Source: Paramecium tetraurelia (Eukaryota). Taken from it: 64,000 nt of DNA. The DNA lies in assembly GCA_000165425.1 (NCBI GenBank), contig CT868655.1:186001-250000 (forward strand), written 5' to 3'. A program made the translations under genes and the position numbers. The first letter of the stretch is position 1. Each line of letters starts with the position of its first letter. Positions 11,944 through 25,840 of the stretch are shown piece by piece. The notes beneath the pieces were generated by a model. It did no database searches. It was not told the origin of the DNA and was given only the letters and a program-made list of their open reading frames with translations.

Positions 11944-13578
11944 TCACTCCCATTTTGAACAGGCTCTAAACTTACAACCCGTGTTGATTAAATCATTTTC
12001 TTTCAAGTTAAAATCAGAGCAGCATTAACCTTGTTTTATCCGAAATCCTTTTACATAATAAAAGATAGAACTCAGTTGAGCTTCCAGATTGATATCTTAT
12101 TCTGAAATTTAGTTGATGATTGATAATTAAGGCTTAATTTTTAATTGGCAATTTCCTGAATCTGAAGGGAATCGTTATATTAAAATTATGAATTCTTAAC
12201 GAAATTCTATATCTAAGTCGCATTTGATATTTAAAATATCTAATTATTTGATACCAATCTCTTATAAAGTCTTTAAATTATCCAACAGACTCATTTTATG
12301 ATAAATATGCTAATGACTTATTAGTATATTATATTTATTTTCAATTTATTACTTTATATGTAGTATTGTGTTATTCTCTTGCGGATTTACAATTATAATT
12401 TTACCTGATAAGGTTTTCGCCAAAATTACTGGTCTAGATAATTTAATTTCTAAATTAATGGTTTCAGTTTGAATATCAACTAAATTCTTAATCTATTAAT
12501 TATTCAAAAGGGGTTTGTTGTTTATTAGTAATGATGATATTAAATTATAGGGAATATCGAAATGATATTAAATTTAATGTATGATATTTTCAAAAGTAAA
12601 GTTTGGATTCAGCTTTATACATTAAGGTTTTTCATCTAAGTTAAAGAGATTGATAGTAGTTTTATTAATGTCTAAAAGAAAATCTAGACCCAACGATGAT
12701 TTGAAATCATTTAATTTTTCAAAATCCTAAAGTACTCTTCCATAGTATATGATTTTTTATTATGAAGGATCAATACCCTCTTTTTGTTGGACAAGCTTTT
12801 TAATTTTTAAAATATTATCAGAAGCTAATAATAAAAAATTTAAAGTCTAATATTATTTATCAATTAAGGTAACTCTTATTTATTTTTAGATACTTATTGT
12901 ATCACCTGACCAAATATTATTCTCAAACAAGGTTGTATTTGTATTTTTTATTTCTTCACAATTTAAAGAAATTTAATCATCCTTTTAGCCAAACTCCAAT
13001 TTTAAATCCTGAATTTTTTAATGAATAGGAAGTGTTACATTAATTTAACCTTAATCATACCTCTTTATATTAACTTAAATCTTGATAGAATTGTTCTTTT
13101 AATATGTTAGAAAAGCATTCTAGATGTTGTTTGAAGCAGAATCTAAACTCTTTTTTAATTCTTCTATTATTTATTATTTCTATTAAAAATCATGAACCAA
13201 AACATTGGAATAAAATTTTAGTTCACTATAACTTAAAGGTCTTATACCTCCTGAGATTAACTTTTTAATTTCTAATTGAATTAAATTCAAATTTTGTTAA
13301 TCTAGGATGGCTTTGCACTCCTTCAACATTTTATTCAACGATTCAAAAATTGCTTATTCAACCTTCTAAGCATCATTGATTTTAATGACTAATTATTCTA
13401 GCCTCTTATAAAACTCTTGAATAGATATTAATTCATTTTCTTTTAATTGATTTTTCTTATCAAAAGATATTAAACATTAGCAACATATTTTTCTTTAAGG
13501 AAATATCTTAGGATTCAGACAAACCATTGAAATAGGAAATTATGGATGCTCCTCACATTAATCTTGATATTCTATCAT
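11944..13578 (-). CDS. Zn-finger/coiled-coil protein with tandem divergent ubiquitin-like domains (544 aa)
   Basis: intronless ORF; N-terminal CEEH..C..CCQC; SDNILKIKKLVQQKEGIDPSQQKIIYYGRVLQD and [24 protein letters not shown] align by eye to ubiquitin. Confidence 0.75.
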
Positions 13579-13991
13579 ATAAATTAGAAATTATTTATAA
13601 TAAAAATAATAATAGAGATAGGTTTTATATAGATTTTAATCTTTCTACAGTTAATTGCAGAATCATTATTATAAAAACATCAAGAAAAACTAACCTTTGA
13701 TGTAATAATAGTTCTGCCAAATAGTTAATAATTATATAAATAATGAAACTTAATTAATTCTAAAAGTAACAATTCTAGAATATTTAAAGTGCAAATCCTA
13801 AATTGATCTTCGTCAAAGATCTAACTTTCTTAAAATTCATTCTCAAATATACTTCATCCATTGGTCTAATTTAATAAGTGTAGTATAAGTGAATGAATTC
13901 TGAAAATATCAGTAATATAAATAATACTTAAATATTTTTATCAACTGAACAATGCAAATATATAAGTTGTTATATAGTAATTTAAACAATT

Positions 13992-16878
13992 ATGAAATAA
14001 TCGTAAGTGAACAAATTTCTTGCAAATATGACTAACAGACAATATCTTTAGAGCGTGGCATCTCCTACAACGACTGCTCCAAGCAAACACAAAAAGAATG
14101 GCAGCTCAACTATCATAACTGGAAATAAATACTTGGTATATGCTAAACATTCTTCCAGATTATTCAAAGACTCTTCTTCTAAACTTCCACTCTTGACAAC
14201 AGTTATGAAAACAGAATCTCAAGATACTCCTAAAACAGCAATAATGAGAACACGCAAAACTAGTGCAAATTTAGGAGACTTTCGTATTACACAATTACAC
14301 CATAGAAATAAAACTGAGACTATTCTACTTTAAAATAACTTCACCATTTCTAAATAAGAGGAACTCAAAGATAATTTTGAGGAGGTCTAAAAAGAAGAAT
14401 AGCCTCAAATACCTTAAGTTCAAAAATCAATAGAACCAATATAGTAATAATCTCTTGTTACAAATCATATACATGATTCAATTAAAATTTTACCAAAAGT
14501 GCATTTAACCGAAGTTTTAGGCGAGTCATATCATTTTCCATAAATCAACTACAATAGCTCTAAAATAGCTAAAATTTAAATTAAATCATAGATTAATGAA
14601 ATCGAATCCTTAAATGAAAAGAGTTGCCATCTGACGAGAAAACTTACGCAATTATTGAACACGCATAGAGAAAAATAAAATTTGGTTGATGTTGAAATTA
14701 AAAAAAAGAAAGAAATTCCTAACTTCACAGACCATCATGTGTTTACTTAAACCTTGAGTAACATGCCTGATGAAAGAAGTCCAAAAATTAATGAATCCAA
14801 ATTTAATTAAAAATTGAGTACTATTGCTAAGAAACAATCCAAAATAAACTATAATTATAGTGTTTAAGAAACTGAATCTCTAACTCCTTTGAAAACTATA
14901 GTAGAGGCTCTAAAAGATAAAAAGAATGATAGGAAAGACAATAAAGAAAAAAATAATAGTGAACTCTAATAAACAACCCAATAAAATTCAAGTAAAAAAC
15001 TTAAAATCACAGTTATATATGAAGAGAATGAATAATAAATAGAGTTTCATTTACCTAGCTATGTTAATGAAGCCTAGTCATACCAAGAGTAGATTGAAGT
15101 TAAGGAAACCAAACAATCTAATATTTATTCTTTAGTTTCAAAATCAATGCTTCAAAAGTAAACGATGTCCCAATATTTTCTAGCAAATTTGCTTTGAGAC
15201 TAGTCAAAAAGTTTGGAGATAGAGTCATCTAGACTCAAGAAGATAATGATGCAATTGAAAATTTCAATTCTTTTAAAGCATCTCAATTCACTAGATATTA
15301 TCTATAAAATCATATCTAAAAATGTTTAGAAACTAAGTACGATACCAAAATTGAGAATGATGGCATTCAAATCAATAGATATGAAATATTTGATTATCCT
15401 GTCTGCTAAGAAACCTATTATGAAATGCTCAGTAAGAGTTCTGGCTAAGTTGGAGTAGATTACTACAACATTTAAATCAAAGTAAATATTTCTTCCATAT
15501 AAGAAAAGCAAAACAAAAAGGCTAAGTGAAATTCAAAATACATTCTACTAAGTTTCTTAGAAATATTTCGATTTGCATCCAATTGACAATAGTATCTTAA
15601 GTCCTTCTGGATCATAATTAGATTTAAGTGACCTTGAAATGCAAAACTTCTTTAAGATTAATTACATTTATTATATCTTAAATTTAGTTTCAGTAAGCGA
15701 TTTAAAGTAAGCTCAATTAAGATTAATTGTCAACACTATAGACGATGAAACCAAAAATAAGTTCCTACATGAAGAGTTAATGAAATTTCCTGAAATCATA
15801 AATGTTATAACTCAAAATTAAGAAGATCTTGATATCCAATGTATCATTGTTTTTTATAAAGAGAGTTATAGTTGATTAATCAATTAGAAACCAAATTGGC
15901 TTTGAAAGATCAAAACATAATCAAGAATTAATTTACAAACAAGTTTTGCTCTCTTTAGGTTGGTTTATTTGAAGATTATTTTAGTCACTAAGTTAGTGCG
16001 CTAGAAAAAATATATATTGATGATTGTAGAACCATGAGAGACCTCGATAAATTAAATATTAAGGACAGAATCAAAACTGAACAACCATCTAATCTGAATA
16101 TCCCTTCTATTTCTAGAAGCCGACTCCCCTCCCCAACAGGCTCTGTATTTATATGAAATTATAACAAGAGTGAATCCAAAACCTTGTAGAAGGAGCTGAA
16201 TCCAATGATAACTAAAGGTCTATTACTAAAGAAACACAAAAGACAGAAAAATTTATTGACCACTCAAAAATTTGCTACTTCTACAAGAGTCATCCAACAA
16301 GGGAGTTCCAGCAATTTATAAACCTTATTGCATGCCAATACAAATACAAACACAAACACAATATTTAATCAATAAAAAAGCTAGAAGTTCTAAACTCAAT
16401 AAAAAGATACAGAACCTTAAGTCAATAATAATGAAACCTAAAGGAATATTCAAATGAAACAACATTTCAATTAATAATCATCTATGGATCCCTCATCCTT
16501 ATTATTTCGAAATATGTTATTATAGGAAAGCTCTTAGAATGATAAATCAAATATCGAAAGAGTATTCTCCTTAATCGAAGATCATAGATTGATAGATTTA
16601 AAAGATTTGCTCCATAATGATCAAAATATCAATATCAATACTCAAGATTACAATGGCAATACATTTTTAATATGGGCAGCTAGGACTGGAGCAAGAGATG
16701 TGATATAATTTTTATTGCGCCAAGGAGCAGATATTTCAATAAAGAATGTAAAAATATAATCTACTTAAACTAGAACTCTGGAATGAATGCTATTTAAATG
16801 GCTATAAATAACTACCATTATCAAGCAGCAGATGAAATAAATAGATTTGGTAGATCGAATTCTTACATAGCAAATTGA
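13992..16878 (+). CDS. large low-complexity protein with C-terminal ankyrin repeats
   Basis: NINTQDYNGNTFLIWAARTGARDVIQFLLRQGADISIKN..GMNAIQMA at the C-terminus; several short introns, internal ones not all resolved. Confidence 0.7.
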
Positions 16879-17342
16879 TAACATTTGAAATTTAATTTAA
16901 TTATATTACTTAAAATACATTGAGAAATTGAGATTTTTACCATTTTCCTTAGAATCTTACCTGTACGATTATGAGAACTGTCTAAACTTACATATAAGAT
17001 CAAAAAGTCAAGTGTTTATAAAATATCCTTTCTTTTTGAATAAATAATTAAATCAAATAAATTGTATTAAAGAGTATACTGAAAATTTGTTATCAAAATT
17101 GAATTTGCACTTAAATTTCGTATTCGATTGATTAAAGTAAGTGTAAGTAGTAAATATATATTTAATGCATAATACTCACAAGCATATCATATATCAAACT
17201 ACTCATTTGTCTTCCCTTAATAAATACAGTTTCTATTCAGCAATTTTTCCTCATTTGTTAATAATTTGTGGCTCAGAGAAGAATAAGTACAGTTTTCACT
17301 GAAAATTCACAAGAAATGTGTGCTAATGATATCATATGTTAA

Positions 17343-17843
17343 TCATATTAATTTTTCAATACAAACATAATCAATAAAATCTTAACATTCTGAAGGTTAA
17401 GAATCAATCTATTAGATTCTTGTAGAAATTATCATATTATTTTATCGAGGTATCGGCAAAGTTTAATTTACTCGAAAGGATTAGTTGCATTTCTTATTGA
17501 TATTTTCAGTCTTTATTTGCTACCTGATTTATAATTATGCTTTAGGTTTCAATTACTTTATTCTTGGATTGAGATTAACTTATTTTAATACTAAAAGTCG
17601 AGAGCTTTCCAAAAAGGATGGAGATTTACTTGTTGGTGTTACTGGTAGAGTTGTCATATGTCTTGAAGTCAAAAATTCTAATTTGTTATTTTAGCTTGAT
17701 GATGTTGTTTTTTATTTCTCATTCTTTCTTGATCCTACAATAGTATAGTAAGGATTTCGGGTTGGAATCTCAAATAAATGCATTCCAAAAATAGTTTTCT
17801 ATCTTTTTTATATTTCACAATAGGGGACTGTCGGTTTAAACAT
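17343..17843 (-). CDS. hypothetical protein (166 aa)
   Basis: code-6 ORF MFKPTVPYCEIQKRQKTIFG... to TGA; no domain. Confidence 0.5.
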
Positions 17844-19065
17844 AAAATAAATACATAATATTGATTAATATCGAATAGGAATAAATCATATAAGCTCTAT
17901 TCAGTTAGCTTTTAGATTCATCTTAGTAAATTTTAATTCTTTAAATAAGTTCAAAAACCATAATATGCTAACTTATCATAGATTATCTATTTTCTAGTTT
18001 ATACAGATATTAATAAATTTGCTTAATTTTTCCTCTATCAGTTTTAATTAATTTACAAGAATTCACTAAAAGATTTACTAAGGAATTTCTTCTTAAGTTA
18101 AAGGATTCTATATACCTATTAATTACAGAAATAATGAATAGTTTATTCATATTTCAAACAATTTAAACTATGAAATAGTGTCTACCACCTTTTTAATTGT
18201 GGAGGTTTATAAAGTAGACAGCATTTAATTAAATTACGAACTTAAAAGTATCAATACAAGTATTAATTATAATGAAGATTTATGATGAATATGAATTCCT
18301 TTAATAACAATTCATAAAAAGAATGATATTTTTTATTATTTAAGTCTCCTAGTAATTCAATTTTAAAAAAAATTATTTAGAATAGAAATACAATTATTTG
18401 TTCTTTGAACTTTAATGCAATCATGAATATTATACTGAATTGAAATTTTCCAGTTAGATAAAGATTTGTAAAATCAACTTTTTAAAGAATTTGAAGTTAT
18501 CAATTTATCATATTTTTAAATCATATATAGATTCATGCTGTATTAAGATATTCTCTGGCAATTCTCATTTTTTATGAAATAAACTAAAATGAATTAAATA
18601 AATAATTCTAGTATTTAAATAAGAAAGCTATAAGCCTTTCTTAGAATTTAATTAAATCAAACATCATTTTTGTTTAATAAAGATAAAATTTTTTATTTGA
18701 GTTTCAAATCACCTTTTTTCAGTCTGTTTGCAATTTATTAAAATCGATCGAATATAAATTAAGATATAATGAATTCAACAACCATATACAAAATATCTCT
18801 TTAAAATTTGATTCAATTTTTTTATACTCCATTTTATTTTAGACTGTATTTTGAGCAAAATAAGATGATAAATAGCCATTATAGCTTATTTATAATAAGT
18901 AAATATTTAAAAATGATAAATTTAATTTAATCTGAATCTATGGAAATATTTTGATAAATAAATAAATTTTATTTATCAATTTAGTCTGGCTTTGAAAATG
19001 AAAAAGAAAATAAAATAGGTAATTTGTATTTCTAATTTTATTAATATTTTATAATTAATTTATAG

Positions 19066-20764
19066 ATGCATTTGAACATTCTAGGGTCTAGGAAACCCAG
19101 TTAGGTTAACAGTCCAACCTCTTTAAAGAAGCCCGCGATATCTTAACTTCTCATTAATTTCAGACAGCCTATCAATGTTCCTAACAGTTCATAAGTATCG
19201 CCGCAGAATTCTGAACAAAATCTGCAAAAAGCATTACATTCTCATAAAGGATCTCAGATTGATGTTGCAAATCTAACTAAATTGATTAGACAGAGCAAAT
19301 CACCAAATTTAGAAATGAATGATGCATAAATCAATTAGAATTAAAGCTCATAATAATTATAGGCATTATTTGCCAAAGCAAGAGAAATTACTTAAAGTAA
19401 ATCAAAACCACCAATAATTAAGCAATAAGTCCAATCAATTTAAACACAATCTATTAATCAATTAAAAGAACTATTTAATGATAATTTATATTGTAGAAAC
19501 ACATTTCATTTTCATTTTGTGGTTGGTATAGGCGGTTTTGGTAAAGTGTGGAAAGTTGAGCACAAAAAAACTGGACAAATATACGCAATGAAAGAGATGT
19601 CAAAGGCATTGTAACAATATTAGTTATCGTAGAATTATCACAAAAAAAAGTGTAAATTCAGTTATGAATGAGAGAAAACTCTTGAGTGAATTGAAACATC
19701 CCTTCTTAGTTAATATGAATTACGCTTATCAAGACAGAGAAACACTTTATTTAATAATGGATTATATGTCTGGAGGTGACCTAAGATATCACATTGGAAA
19801 AATGAGAAGATTTAATGAAGAGTAGACTAGTAAATTTAAAACTAAAATTTTGAGGGTTCTTTGTGGCCTGCATATTCTTGAGTCTCGAATATGTGCATGC
19901 AAATAACATTATCCATAGAGATATCAAACCAGAAAATTTAGTTTTAGACAATAAAGGATATGTTCATTTGACTGATTTTGGTATTGCCAGAATTATGAAA
20001 CCAGAGAATTCAAATGATACAAGTGGCACACCAGGATATATGGGTACAAATCCAACTAATATTTTAGCTCCTGAGGTGATGTACAGGTAAAATCATACAT
20101 TTGCCGTTGATTTTTATGCTTTGGGAGTTATTGCTTATGAATTTATGTTAGGAAGAGTACTTATTAATATTAATCTTAGAGACCATATGTAGGAAGATCT
20201 AGATAGGAAATCAGAGATTCAATTATGGCTAAATAAGTTTAAATTAAGAAATCTGATATACCAGAGAACTGGTCATTAGAGGGTGCTGATTTTATAAATA
20301 GAGTAAGTTTGATGTAAATTAATTAGCTACTCTAAAGAAAACCTGAAAAAAGATTAGGCTTTAATGGTAGTTAAGAAATCAAATAACACTCATGGTTTAA
20401 GAATTTTCCTTGGTAAAATTTAGAGAATTTTGAATTAGTTCCCCCCTTCCAACCAAATGTATTTCTTTTATGATATAAAATAGAGGACTGAAGACAATTT
20501 TGATTAAAAATAAATATTAATTGAAGACGAAGAGAATAACGAATTGATCTAACAGAATCTTCTGGTTTTAAAAGATCCTTCCTCTGTAGGTATTAATATT
20601 TAAATAATTAAGAATTATTTTAGGGTTATGAATTTAATGCTAATCAGAGTATTAATAAAAATTCATCAACCACTGATTAATCGTCAAGTTCATCATCTAA
20701 GCATAGTCGAAATTTCAGCTAAAATATTGAAAAATAATAATTCTTTGAGCATGCTCATAAATGA
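19066..20764 (+). CDS. AGC-group Ser/Thr protein kinase
   Basis: GIGGFGKV, YAMKEM, HRDIKPEN, DFG, GTPGYM/APE, VDFYALG, AGC C-tail PPFQP..NFD; ~7 short introns. Confidence 0.92.
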
Positions 20765-20927
20765 TTTAAATAATCCTATTCATCTAGTATATTATAATTA
20801 TTTATAATTTATATATAATATTTAATAATCATCATCGATTAATCAGATTTAATCAGTTTAGAAAATTCCCAGAAATTATGTTTTAATCCATTTTCCTTTT
20901 AGAAACAAATCAAAAATAAATTTTTCA

Positions 20928-21200
20928 ATGAAATTGTCTAAAAAAGTAGCACAAGATTAGCTCGACAACCAAAAAACGAAAAAAATAAAGAAAAACAACA
21001 AAAATATTAGTAAAGAAAAAATGATGTAAATTTTAAAACTAGTAATGCTGCTAGCAGATTTATACAAAGATTTAGATAGATTAGATGAAGTCTATCTTTC
21101 AAAATTCGATGAATGTTAAAAGTAAGGTGCAAAATAGAAGCTAAAGCATCTAAACTTACGTACTAAATCTAAATCAAATTTGAAGGAAGAATTAAAATGA
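20928..21200 (+). CDS. small basic hypothetical protein (90 aa)
   Basis: ATG..TGA code-6 ORF MKLSKKVAQDQLDNQKTKKIKK... Confidence 0.5.
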
Positions 21201-21585
21201 GAGCAAACTTGAATCAAATTATATCATTACATCTTATTATTTAGTAGATTCATATTAAAACCCCACTTATAATTGAATTTATAAGTAATGATTATTTGTA
21301 TTTTCCTTTCAGTAAGAAAGTTGTATTTAATATTTTCCCTTTACTTACATCTATTCGTTAAAAGATACTATTACGGAAATACGAAACAAGATATTTTGAG
21401 ATCAGGATTTGAATTCCTAAGATTAAGAAATTCACTTGTCATTTATAATATGATAATCAAAAATATTTTAATTATTATTTTCTAAATTCCCAATATTTAC
21501 ATTAGAATTTAGGCTTCTCTAATTTTGTATTTTTGAAGAATTTTACAACATACCCAACTTTTTAGTCCTCATCAGATAGAATATT

Positions 21586-22204
21586 ATGGAGAATTAATAC
21601 GGTAAGCTGGTTTAAGAACAAATTCTACGACTTTTTATGATTTTATTCAACTTATTACTTGATGAATTGAATGCAATAAACAATAATTGCTTAATTTATA
21701 CTTTTTGGTATTGTATATAATTCTTATTCATCTTTAAGGATAAAAATACTAATGAAGAGAGAAAGATTTATTTCATAAAGTAATTATATAAAGATTGTTA
21801 CTTGTTAATAATCCTATTATTAAAAAAAAATGATAATTAAAGAGGATTTAAAATAGTTTGACACTTAATCATAGATAATATCAAACAAAGAGTTGTATTT
21901 ATAGGCTACAGATATACTTATTCTGAAATTCAAAAGAACCTAAACCTATATCTAGGACTTGAAAATTAACATAATTTTTGATGAATGTAGATCCTAACTT
22001 CAGATGTAGTTATTAGAAAAATAACAAAATTAACAACAGGACTGTGATATTCCAATTAATCATATCCTAAAAAGATCTAAAGAAGAAAAAAAATAATCTT
22101 AGAACTTGTCGTCAAGCATATTTTCTAAGTGTTCTGTTTGTCAGAATAAGATCTTATCAGAAGCTGGATTGGGAGATAATTTGAAAAAGAAGAGAAAAAT
22201 ATGA
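21586..22204 (+). pseudogene. probable decayed gene remnant
   Basis: coding-like stretches broken by TGA stops and frame changes that no GT..AG intron repairs. Confidence 0.3.
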
Positions 22205-22314
22205 TTTAATATAATATAATTATTGATTAAATTGATTATTAATAATACTAATCTTATTATATATAAAAATATAATGGATATAGAAAATTAAAATTAATGA
22301 AATTATTTTATAAA

Positions 22315-23879
22315 TCACTCAATTTATTCTAGTTTTTAAGGTATTTTATTTCTATATTTTGATAATTCAATAAATGTCCATATGATTCTTAAATCATCAG
22401 ATTCTATATATTTTAGATCTTAATCTTCATATGCCATAATTCTTTTAAATTCATCACTTACAGCATCAAAATTAAATTGATGGTACATTAATAGATTTTC
22501 TAATAACTCATCATGGTCTATAGTCCAACCTTCTCTCTTTTACTTCCATTCCCTTAGCTAACTTGCTTTTTTATCAATTTTTGGTATTTAAGGAGCTGAA
22601 TCCAAGTTAATGATAAATTTGGACTTTTTATTTGGCTATTAGTACACTTATTCTACTTCTTCTTCCACCTCTTCTTCTGGTTCTAATTATTAATTAATTA
22701 ATTTCTGTTCTACATTATTATCATCAAACTTTTGATTAATTTATTACATTTCTTAATTGAAATACCTGTCCCTTATTTATTTGGCTTCCTTTTTTCATAT
22801 TAATATTTTTACGTCCTCGGTTTTATTTAAAATGACTACGTTTCCTTCATCATCCTTAGTTGTTAGAAAACATTAATGAGGAGCTATATTGTCAACTTGA
22901 TATTTTTCTAACTCAAGTTCTACATTTTTTAATTCATTTTCTTTTTATTCTAACAATTCATCAACTTCTTCTCCATCAAAATACTAAATCTATAGTTACC
23001 TGATTTCTTTGCATAATTGTTATTATTAATTTAGTAATTAATTTCTTGTTTCTCCTCTCTATTATCTTTCCAAAGTCTATAAATATATCTGATGATCCTA
23101 TTCTCTCTTTATTTCAATTTAAGATACCCTTTCTTATTATTCAGCTTCTTTTCCTCCAATAAACCAAGCCTCACTGATTTTACGTTCTCCTGGTGTCACT
23201 GGTTTATCATCCAAAAATTGTAAAGTCTTTATTGCAACTACTATGGTTTTTCTATAATTTGGACATTCTCTCACTTAATTTAATTGAAATAAAAAAATAC
23301 CAAAACTATTTGATTTTAAATATAAACAGCCGATATTTGTCGATTAAAAGATTGAAATAATGGGTTCTTCATAACTAATATGATTGTTTGAAAGATCTAA
23401 ATTCTGGATTGATGGACAATCTTAAATTTCCATTAATGACTCATAATTGGTCAATTGATTATGAGATAAATTAAGATTTTGGAGTTTAGTCAAGGAGGCT
23501 ATGTTTTCAATTTTCTTGATTGAATTATGGCTTAAATTTAAAGTAACTAAATCTTATAATGCAGAAACATTTTCTATTTTATCAATCAAATTATGATTTA
23601 GGAATAAGCTGATCAATTTCTTAAGCTAACACAACCCTTCTATCTTTTGCAAAGCATTATTATTTAACCATAAAGCAACAAGATTGAAATATGGTTCAAG
23701 ATTTTCGATCTTGTCAAATCCTAGATTCACTAAAGAATGGAGTTACCTTTGAAATGTAAATATAAAGTGTCATTGTTTTCTGGATTCTAATACAATCCTT
23801 CTCTTTCACAGATGATTTTCAAATTCTTCAGATTCATAATCACAGTTCCATTTTGATTTCTCTCAAGTGTTTTATTCAT
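22315..23879 (-). CDS. DNAAF1: dynein axonemal assembly factor 1 (LRRC50/ODA7), LRR protein
   Basis: [39 protein letters not shown]22-type LRRs, LRRcap [32 protein letters not shown]. Confidence 0.88.
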
Positions 23880-23896
23880 AAATTAATATAAATATA

Positions 23897-25840
23897 TCAT
23901 AATTTCTATAATTTCACAAGTTCTTTGACATAATCATTAGGTCTCAATATGAATGTGCTTCCAATAACTAAATTTTTGTTAATGACTTTGTTGTTCATAA
24001 GACTCCTGGCTTCATTATACCCAATACCTCCAACAACAAAAACAAGCTCAGAATTAATAATTAAATCCTTACCAATTTATCTTATTCATCGAAGCCCACA
24101 TCATCCTGCATCAATTTGATTTATCCCTTCTATCTAAGAGATTTACCTTGGCCTTGAGCATTTGTTTATTCGTTTAATACTATTTTTTCAAAGTTTCCAG
24201 AAGTCTAAAAGTCCTTGAGTATTAAGTCTTCAATTTATTATTCAATGATAGGAGTATTTCTACATAATTCTAATGTTTCATTGGCCATTTTATTTTTAGC
24301 ATACTTCCTGACCTATTCATTAACTCTTTTGTGAGACTGATAAAATAATAGTATCAAATACTTTGCTTCCACTATTTTAAGTTTGGATTCCCAATAATTT
24401 TAGATTATGTACAGCACTTTACATTTCAACCGATAGAAGATCAGTCAGCTATCTCCTGTCCTTTTCACTCACATCAATTTGGATGATGGCTGACAAGATA
24501 AGACGTGCAAAATCAAATTCATTTAATTTTGGATTTTTTAGTACTTGAAAAATCTAGTTTTGATAATTTAATAATAATACTCTCTAAATGATCTTCTCTC
24601 CTGCTACTGAAGATCCTTTCTTATCACATCCTGTAGCTAAGGTCTATTCTAATTCTCCTACCTCCTGTAGATCCTTCTGTCGATATAAATCTAAGCATTT
24701 TTCTACAATTTCCATATGCATTGTGTATTTTGCCACTAAATCTTAGTATTAAGGCATGGTTTTAACAATGTCTGTCATTTACTTTAAGGTCAAATTTTAA
24801 TCTTTATCCTTGGCAACCTTAGCAGCTGTATTGGTTTACATAAATGTTTAGAAATCACTACTCACTTCTTCCAATACATCAGCAATATGCTTAAATTTAT
24901 ATTTCTTGAATAATTCATCCTAATCATTGATGAGTTATTTCTTAGAAACTTTCTTATCTCCTTATTGCATATCATATTAGTAAATGTCATTCTCTATTTC
25001 CAATAAATCATAAAACATTGGTTAATAATAGAAATCATGCAATAATGGTGACAATACATCTATTGCCCTGTCTACTATCACTAATCTTATCTTTCCACAT
25101 GTTTTATCTTTTTGATCATATTGTGAACTGTTGGATCTCTTTAGAGCTTCTAATATTTCTCTTAATCTCCCCTATGTGAATTATGCCAATTATTAACAGA
25201 TTTTCCAATTGTCTTATCTAAAAATCAATTCAAATGTATAAAATTTCTCAAATGAAACCAAAACTGTACAGATTTTTTCAGCCATCTCTTGCAGGATAAC
25301 ATTTCCTTACTTTAACTAAATACTTACTTCCTTTATACACTTCTAATCCGAAAATCATGTCAAATGTGAATAATTACTCATTAGTACAATTAAAGTCTAA
25401 ATTGAATACTTTGCAAGTTGATAATTTTTTGACTAAATTCTATTCAGATTGCATCTTCTGAGCTATGCCTTATGTCATTTTATTATTGAAAATCACATGA
25501 GCACATTTGTATTGTGGAAATTACGCATTTGCAAAATCCTCCATCAATAAAGCAACGGACTCTTAAGTTGGAGTAATAAAGTAAATTGCTTCCAAATTAA
25601 AAGGTTTTCTTTTCAAATTTAGATTTTCTACTGCATTTATTCCTTATTCCAATAATCTTATATTTAATTTCATTAATACTCAGACATCTTCATGTAAGCA
25701 GACACTATTTTCAAAGTCTTCTGATCTACAACAAGAATGGAAGTTGATAAATTAGGTTGATTATCGATTCTTAATTGCCTAAATAAGTTTCTCATCCTTT
25801 ATCTGCAAACTTCTTTTAGAGAAAATTGTGCTTATTCCAT
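23897..25840 (-). CDS. Sec1/Munc18 (SM) family protein
   Basis: ILVVDQKTLKIVSAYMKM, EAIYFITPT, IVDRAIDVLSPLLHDFYYQPM.YDLL, FVVGGIGYNEAR, IGSTFILRP. Confidence 0.92.
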
